Assembly: GCA_045807245.1 (NCBI GenBank)
Contig: JBJMHS010000061.1
Coordinates: 3,054-67,053 of the forward strand
Length of the DNA stretch: 64,000 nt
Source: Actinomycetales bacterium
Lineage (GTDB): Bacteria > Actinomycetota > Actinomycetes > Actinomycetales > CAVURS01
Direction: 5' to 3'
Below the pieces are notes generated by a model. That model ran no database searches and was not told the DNA's origin. It saw only the letters and a list, made by a program, of their open reading frames with translations. The translations under genes were made by a program, and so were the position numbers. Shown here one piece after another: positions 58,272-64,000 of the stretch (within the stretch, counting starts at the first letter, position 1; every line of letters begins with the position of its first letter).

Positions 58272-59456
58272 ATGCGAGGGCCGGAGGTTGTCGATGTGCT
58301 GCGGCGCGTCGGCGGCTGGTGCCGGGCGGGTGACCTCGTGTCGGTCTGCGGCCGGACCGCGGTCGAACATGCCATCGGCCGCAGCGAGGTGGTCCGGGTG
58401 GCGCGCGGTCGCTACGCGCTGGCCGCCCTGCCGGATCCCTGGACCAGCGCGGCGCGCCTCGGCGGGGTCGTCTCCCACACGAGCGCGGCGCGGTTCTGGC
58501 GGCTGGCCGTGATGAACAACCCGGACCAGGCGCACGTGACCCTGGCCCGAGGCCGCAGCCGGGTTGCCCCGGCGGGCGCCGTGCTGCACTGGTCGGCTCT
58601 GCTCAAGCCCGATGTGCACGCAGACCTGCCGGTGACGACCCCGCTGCGCACCGTCCTCGACTGTGCCCGGACCCTGCCGTTTCGTGAGGCCCTGGCCACT
58701 GCCGACAGCGCCCTGAGGGCGCAGGTCATCGGAGCCGACGAGCTCCGGCGCGCAACGGAGAGGCTGCGCGGGCCGGGGGCGCGCCGCGCCCGCCGGGTTG
58801 CGAGCTGGGCCGACGGACGCGCCGAGAGCGGGCTCGAGTCGATGCTGCGCGCCATCTTCCTGGACCACCGCCTCCGGTCCTTCGCACCGCAGTACGTCAT
58901 CAGGGACCAGTCCGGGTTCGTCGCCCGAGTGGACCTGGCAGACCCTGCGCGCCGCCTGGTCGCGGAGGCGGACAGCTTCGAACACCACGGCCACCGAAAC
59001 GCTCTCGTGCGGGACTGCGAGCGATACGACGAGCTCCTCGTCCGCGGCTGGGGCGTACTGCGGTTTGCCTGGGAGCACGTGATGTTCCGGCCGGAGTGGG
59101 TCGCCGCGATCGCCATGGCGGCCGTGGCCGATCGGTTGCGGGGGAACATGCGCAAGGCCGCTGACCCGGCAGTCGGCCGGGTTGGCGGCGGTTGCGCCTG
59201 TCCGGCCGCGGCGCAGGTCACGACTATCCTCGGCGGATGCGAGCCGTCCTGGTGCTCAACGGGCCGAACCTGGGCCGGCTCGGATCGCGCGAGCCCGAGG
59301 TGTACGGGACGGCGTCCTACGACGACCTGGCCGAGGCCTGCCGCACCCTGGGCGCCGAGCTGGACCTGGACGTCGACGTGCGCCAGACCGACGACGAGGC
59401 CGAGCTGGTGCGGTGGCTGCACGAGGCCGTCGACACCAACCGTGACGTCGTGCTGA
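58272..59456 (+). CDS. AbiEi-N-like / DUF559 (Vsr-like endonuclease fold) domain protein; 3' ~220 nt overlaps aroQ out of frame
   Basis: N-terminus GRSEVVRVARGRYAL...VSHTSAARFW. C-terminus RAESGLESMLRAIF...VDLADPARRLVAEADSFEHHG...YDELLVRGWGVLRFAW. The recognisable domains end near 59130, but the first in-frame stop is at 59454-59456. Confidence 0.6.
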   Translation: MRGPEVVDVLRRVGGWCRAGDLVSVCGRTAVEHAIGRSEVVRVARGRYALAALPDPWTSAARLGGVVSHTSAARFWRLAVMNNPDQAHVTLARGRSRVAPAGAVLHWSALLKPDVHADLPVTTPLRTVLDCARTLPFREALATADSALRAQVIGADELRRATERLRGPGARRARRVASWADGRAESGLESMLRAIFLDHRLRSFAPQYVIRDQSGFVARVDLADPARRLVAEADSFEHHGHRNALVRDCERYDELLVRGWGVLRFAWEHVMFRPEWVAAIAMAAVADRLRGNMRKAADPAVGRVGGGCACPAAAQVTTILGGCEPSWCSTGRTWAGSDRASPRCTGRRPTTTWPRPAAPWAPSWTWTSTCARPTTRPSWCGGCTRPSTPTVTSC

Positions 59457-59677
59457 ACCCGGCGGCGTTCACCCACTACTCGTACGCCACCCGCGACGCG
59501 TGCGCCATGGTCACGTCGTCCGGGCTGCGGCTGGTGGAGGTGCACCTGAGCAACCCGCTGGCCCGCGAGGACTTCCGCCACACCAGCGTCGTCGGGGGCG
59601 TGGCGACCGGGACGATCGCCGGGTTCGGCGTCGACTCCTACCTGCTCGCGCTCCAGGCAGTGGCAGCGCCCCGGTAG
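59237..59677 (+). CDS. aroQ: Type II 3-dehydroquinate dehydratase
   Basis: VLVLNGPNLGRLGSREPEVYG, NPAAFTHYSYA, EVHLSNPLAREDFRH. Confidence 0.92.
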   Translation: MRAVLVLNGPNLGRLGSREPEVYGTASYDDLAEACRTLGAELDLDVDVRQTDDEAELVRWLHEAVDTNRDVVLNPAAFTHYSYATRDACAMVTSSGLRLVEVHLSNPLAREDFRHTSVVGGVATGTIAGFGVDSYLLALQAVAAPR

Positions 59678-59752
59678 CATGGTCGGCGATCCCGGCACGA
59701 CCCGCGAACTGCGCGCGCCCTCGTGCCCGCGCCCAGCTAAGGAACACCGACG

Positions 59753-60313
59753 GTGGCTACGACCAACGATCTGAAGAACGGTTTGGTGCTCAACATCGAC
59801 GGCCAGCTCTGGTCCGTCGTCGAGTTCCAGCACGTCAAGCCCGGCAAGGGCGGCGCGTTCGTGCGCACCAAGCTCAAGAACGTCCTGTCCGGCAAGGTCG
59901 TCGACCGCACCTTCAACGCCGGCACACGGGTCGAGACGGCGACGGTCGACAAGCGCGACATGGAGTACCTGTACAAGGACGGTACGGACTTCATCTTCAT
60001 GGACTCCTCGTCGTACGAGCAGATTCCGGTCACCGAAGGCACGGTCGGCGAGGCCTCGCACTTCTTGCTGGAGAACCAGAACGCTGTGGTCGCCGTGCAC
60101 GACGGCACGCCGCTGTACGTCGAGCTGCCGACGTCCGTCGTCTTGGAGGTCACGTACACCGAGCCGGGCCTGCAGGGCGACCGGTCAACCGGAGGCACCA
60201 AGCCCGCCACCCTCGAGACCGGCTACGACATCCAGGTGCCGTTGTTCCTCGAGACCGGCGCCAAGGTCAAGGTCGACACCCGGACCGGGGACTACCTCGG
60301 CCGGGTGAGCTGA
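59753..60313 (+). CDS. efp: Elongation factor P
   Basis: [44 protein letters not shown] start. Confidence 0.96.
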   Translation: MATTNDLKNGLVLNIDGQLWSVVEFQHVKPGKGGAFVRTKLKNVLSGKVVDRTFNAGTRVETATVDKRDMEYLYKDGTDFIFMDSSSYEQIPVTEGTVGEASHFLLENQNAVVAVHDGTPLYVELPTSVVLEVTYTEPGLQGDRSTGGTKPATLETGYDIQVPLFLETGAKVKVDTRTGDYLGRVS

Positions 60314-60322
60314 CCGGCGCCC

Positions 60323-60733
60323 ATGCCCGCTCGCTCGAAGGCCCGCAAGCGCGCGCTCGACGTGCTGTTCGAGGCCGAGCAGCGCCGGCTCGACCCGATC
60401 GAGCTGCTCGCCGAACGACAGGCGGCCGCAGATCCGCCGGTCCCGGCCTACACCGCGGACCTGGTACGCGGCGTGGTCGCCAACCGCGAGCGGCTGGACG
60501 AGCTCATCTCGACGTACACCCAGAGCTGGCCGCTCGAGCGGATGCCGTCGGTGGACCGGGCCGTCCTGCGCCTCGGGGCGTACGAGCTGCTGTTCGTCGA
60601 CGACGTCCCTGACGCGGTGGCGCTGAGTGAAGCCGTGCTCCTGGCCCGCAGCCTCTCGACCGACGAGTCGCCACAGTTCGTCAACGGCCTGCTGGCCCGG
60701 CTGATGTCGCTCAAGCCGACGCTGTCGATCTGA
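60323..60733 (+). CDS. nusB: Transcription antitermination factor NusB
   Basis: ARSKARKRALDVLFEAE...DRAVLRLGAYELLF...VALSEAV...FVNGLL. Confidence 0.93.
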   Translation: MPARSKARKRALDVLFEAEQRRLDPIELLAERQAAADPPVPAYTADLVRGVVANRERLDELISTYTQSWPLERMPSVDRAVLRLGAYELLFVDDVPDAVALSEAVLLARSLSTDESPQFVNGLLARLMSLKPTLSI

Positions 60734-60761
60734 GGGCGACCAGGCGCTCCGAACGCAGAAA

Positions 60762-60799
60762 CGGCACCCGCCGGAGATCACTCTCCGTTACGGGTGCCG
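60762..60799. terminator. Bidirectional hairpin between nusB and convergent bldD
   Basis: Outer stem CGGCACCCG / CGGGTGCCG enclosing inner stem CGGAGA / TCTCCG, followed by GTTCTGG. Confidence 0.55.
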
Positions 60800-60833
60800 G
60801 TTCTGGCGTAGTCGACGGCGATGCGCCGCGTGC

Positions 60834-61343
60834 TCAGAGCTCCGGGTGCATGCTCTGCTCGACGGCCCGGCGGGCGTCGGGGTCGAGCACGCCCCACGAG
60901 ATCAGCTCGTCGGCCAGTGCGGCCGGCGGCATGTCGTAGATGACGGCGAGAGTGCGCAGGTCGTCCTGACGGATGGACAGCACCTTGCCGTTGTAGTCAC
61001 CGCGCTGGCCCTGGATCGTCGCTGCATAGCGGGCGAGGGGCCCGGCGCGCTCGGCCGGAACCGAGCCCAGAGCCTCGAGGTCGATGACCAGGCGCGGGGG
61101 CGCTTCGACGACCGTGCCGCCGCCGGCGTCGGGCAGGAGGGCCCCGACAGGGACCCCGTAGAAGTCCGCCAGCTCGGCCAGCCGCTGCACCGTGACGGCG
61201 CGGTCGCCGCGCTCGTAGCTGCCCACCACCACGGCCTTCCAGCGACCGGTCGAGCGTTCCTCGACTCCGTGGAGTGACATGCCCTGCTGCGTGCGAATCG
61301 CGCGCAGCCGGCTGCCCAGCGCCCTCGCGTAGTCGGTCGCCAT
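60834..61343 (-). CDS. bldD: Developmental transcriptional regulator BldD (c-di-GMP-binding, XRE HTH)
   Basis: Near-identical to the Streptomyces BldD core: LRAIRTQQGMSLHGVEERSTGRWKAVVVGSYERGDRAVTVQRLAELADFYGVP. Both c-di-GMP motifs are present (RGD ... RQDD in QRGDYNGKVLSIRQDD). ATG at 61343. Confidence 0.9.
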   Translation of the reverse strand: MATDYARALGSRLRAIRTQQGMSLHGVEERSTGRWKAVVVGSYERGDRAVTVQRLAELADFYGVPVGALLPDAGGGTVVEAPPRLVIDLEALGSVPAERAGPLARYAATIQGQRGDYNGKVLSIRQDDLRTLAVIYDMPPAALADELISWGVLDPDARRAVEQSMHPEL

Positions 61344-61395
61344 AGATCCGTTCCCTCCCGTGAGACCCACGTCCCTGGTGGGTCCGGCCCGTCGC

Positions 61396-61435
61396 GGTGA
61401 CGCACCGTGTTCGGGCTATCGTCACGGAGCGTGAT
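61396..61435 (-). promoter_or_regulatory. Candidate BldD auto-operator boxes
   Basis: GTCACGGAGCGTGAT (61421-61435) has one mismatch to the published BldD box pattern nTnACnC(A/T)GnGTnAn. GTGACGCACCGTGTT (61396-61410) has two mismatches. Both lie 50-95 nt upstream of the bldD start. Confidence 0.35.
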
Positions 61436-61502
61436 CTTCGCCGTCAAGCGGATCGGGGGAACTGGTCGCCCTTCACGGTCCCTATTTGCGCCGTCCGGGT
61501 GA

Positions 61503-62230
<728 letters not shown>

Positions 62231-62231
<1 letters not shown>

Positions 62232-63184
62232 TGCGACACCTGCTCTCGGCGGCGGACCTGACCCGCGACGAGGCCGTGCACGTGCTGGACACCGCGGAGC
62301 AGATGGCGGCCACGCAGCAGCGCGAGATCAAGAAGCTGCCCACCCTGCGCGGCCGGACCGTGGTCAACCTGTTCTTCGAGGACAGCACCCGGACCCGCAT
62401 CTCGTTCGAGGCGGCCGCGAAGCGGCTGTCCGCCGACGTCATCAACTTCTCCGCCAAGGGCTCCAGCGTGTCGAAGGGCGAGAGTCTCAAGGACACCGCG
62501 CTGACCCTCGAGGCGATGGGCGCGGACGCGGTGGTGGTGCGCCACTCCGCCAGCGGGGCTCCGCACCGGCTGGCCAACTCCGGCTGGATCAACGGCGCGG
62601 TCGTCAACGCGGGAGACGGCACGCACGAGCACCCGACCCAGGCCCTGCTCGATGCCTTCACCATGCGCCGCCGGCTGGCCGAGGGCGACGTCTCCGGCCA
62701 GGACCTCGGCGGTCGCCGGGTGGTGATCGTGGGCGACGTGCTGCACAGCCGGGTGGCGCGCAGCAACGTCCTGCTCCTCCAGACGCTGGGTGCCGAGGTG
62801 ACGCTGGTGAGCCCACCCACCCTGCTGCCCGTCGGGACCGACGCGTGGCCGTGCGCCACGTCGTACGACCTCGACGCCGAGCTGCCCAAGGCAGACGCGG
62901 TGATGATGCTGCGGGTGCAGCGGGAGCGGATGAACGCCTCGTTCTTCCCGAGCGCCCGCGAGTACTCGCGGCGCTACGGCCTGGACGGGCGGCGCCTGGC
63001 GCTGCTGCCGGACCACGCCATCGTCATGCACCCGGGGCCGATGAACCGGGGCCTGGAGATCACGGCCGAGGCGGCGGACGGCGAGCGCTCGACGATCGTC
63101 GAGCAGGTGGCCAACGGGGTATCGGTGCGGATGGCGGTCCTGTACCTGTTGCTGTCCGGCGAGGTCGAGGGGGTGGAGGCATGA
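62231..63184 (+). CDS. pyrB: Aspartate carbamoyltransferase catalytic subunit
   Basis: [36 protein letters not shown] junction with pyrR. Confidence 0.96.
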
Positions 63185-64000
63185 GTACGGCGTACGTCGT
63201 CCGCGGCGCTCGCGTGCTGGGTGGCGAGCCGACCGACCTGGTCCTGGAGGACGGCGTCATCGTGGAGGTCGGAGCCGGCCTGAAGCGTTCCGGCGCAACG
63301 GTCCTGGACGCCGACGGTCTCGTCGCGCTGCCCGGCCTGATCGACCTGCACACGCATCTGCGCGAGCCGGGACGGGAGGACGCCGAGACCGTCTGGTCGG
63401 GCACCCGAGCGGCCGCGCTCGGCGGGTTCACGGCCGTGCACGCGATGGCCAACACCGACCCGGTCGCGGACACGGCCGGGGTGGTCGAGCAGGTCTGGCG
63501 GCTCGGCCGCGAGGCCGGCTGGGTCGACGTCGCGCCGGTCGGAGCGGTGACCATCAAGATCGCCGGGGAGCAGCTGGCCGAGCTGGGCGCGATGGCCGAC
63601 TCGGCGGCCCGGGTCCGGGTGTTCAGCGACGACGGGCACTGCGTGTCCGACGCGGTCCTGATGCGGCGGGCCTTGGAGTACGTCAAGGCGTTCGACGGGG
63701 TCATCGCCCAGCACCCGCAGGAGCCGCGCCTCACCGAGGACGCGCAGATGCACGAGGGGGAACGCTCCGGGGTGCTCGGCCTGCGCGGCTGGCCGGCCGT
63801 CGCGGAGGAGGCCGTCGTCGCCCGGGACGTCCTGCTCGCCCAGCACGTCGGTTCGCGGCTGCACGTCTGCCATGTCTCGACGGCGGGGTCGGTCGAGATC
63901 CTGCGCTGGGCCAAGGGCCGCGGGGTCGACGTCACGGCCGAGGTGACACCGCACCACCTCCTGCTCACGGACGCGCTCGTCGCGACGTACGACCCCAGGT
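63181..64000 (+). CDS. pyrC: Dihydroorotase, 3' end outside window
   Basis: ATGA overlap with the pyrB stop. [13 protein letters not shown] metal-binding motif. Open to the window end. Confidence 0.9.
   Translation, partial: MSTAYVVRGARVLGGEPTDLVLEDGVIVEVGAGLKRSGATVLDADGLVALPGLIDLHTHLREPGREDAETVWSGTRAAALGGFTAVHAMANTDPVADTAGVVEQVWRLGREAGWVDVAPVGAVTIKIAGEQLAELGAMADSAARVRVFSDDGHCVSDAVLMRRALEYVKAFDGVIAQHPQEPRLTEDAQMHEGERSGVLGLRGWPAVAEEAVVARDVLLAQHVGSRLHVCHVSTAGSVEILRWAKGRGVDVTAEVTPHHLLLTDALVATYDPR

Overview
High-GC actinobacterial chromosome segment. Most of it is conserved housekeeping genes on the + strand, often translationally coupled through ATGA/GTGA overlaps. The gene blocks are: nudix-ald-xerD-parA-scpA-scpB-rluB-aroH-tyrA-cmk-plsC-der-tRNA(Pro); pgsA-like-DUF881-sbp-DUF881-gcvH-garA-merR-DUF151-merR-glycine riboswitch-gcvP; sbcDC; rarA-alaS-ruvX-mltG-aroE ... 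aroC-aroK-aroB-aroQ-efp-nusB; bldD; pyrR-pyrB-pyrC. This order resembles well-known mycobacterial neighbourhoods. Four parts look accessory or unusual. (1) A 13-gene type IV pilus locus (42002-55239) sits inside the shikimate operon between aroE and aroC. It has pilB, pilT, pilC, two tandem pilins, three very large minor pilins, pilD and pilMNO, but no secretin, and it ends with a membrane-anchored PilP-like gene. I rate this the most interesting system in the window. (2) A minus-strand four-gene operon next to tRNA-Pro (11094-15889) encodes three tandem secreted phosphoesterase paralogs plus a 586-aa Ig/beta-propeller protein. (3) An AbiEi-N/DUF559-type gene lies between aroB and aroQ, and its reading frame has no stop until well inside aroQ. 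(4) An orphan two-domain protein with a degenerate P-loop lies at 32760-33758. RNA and regulatory signals readable by eye are a glycine riboswitch, a PyrR-binding hairpin that sequesters the pyrR SD, candidate BldD boxes, several strong hairpins or terminators, and a perfect 19-bp hairpin burying the aroC SD and start codon. No CRISPR array, rRNA, transposase or integrase-bearing element was seen. All family calls come from motif recognition by eye, with no searches run. Start codons in this GC-rich DNA are uncertain by tens of nt.
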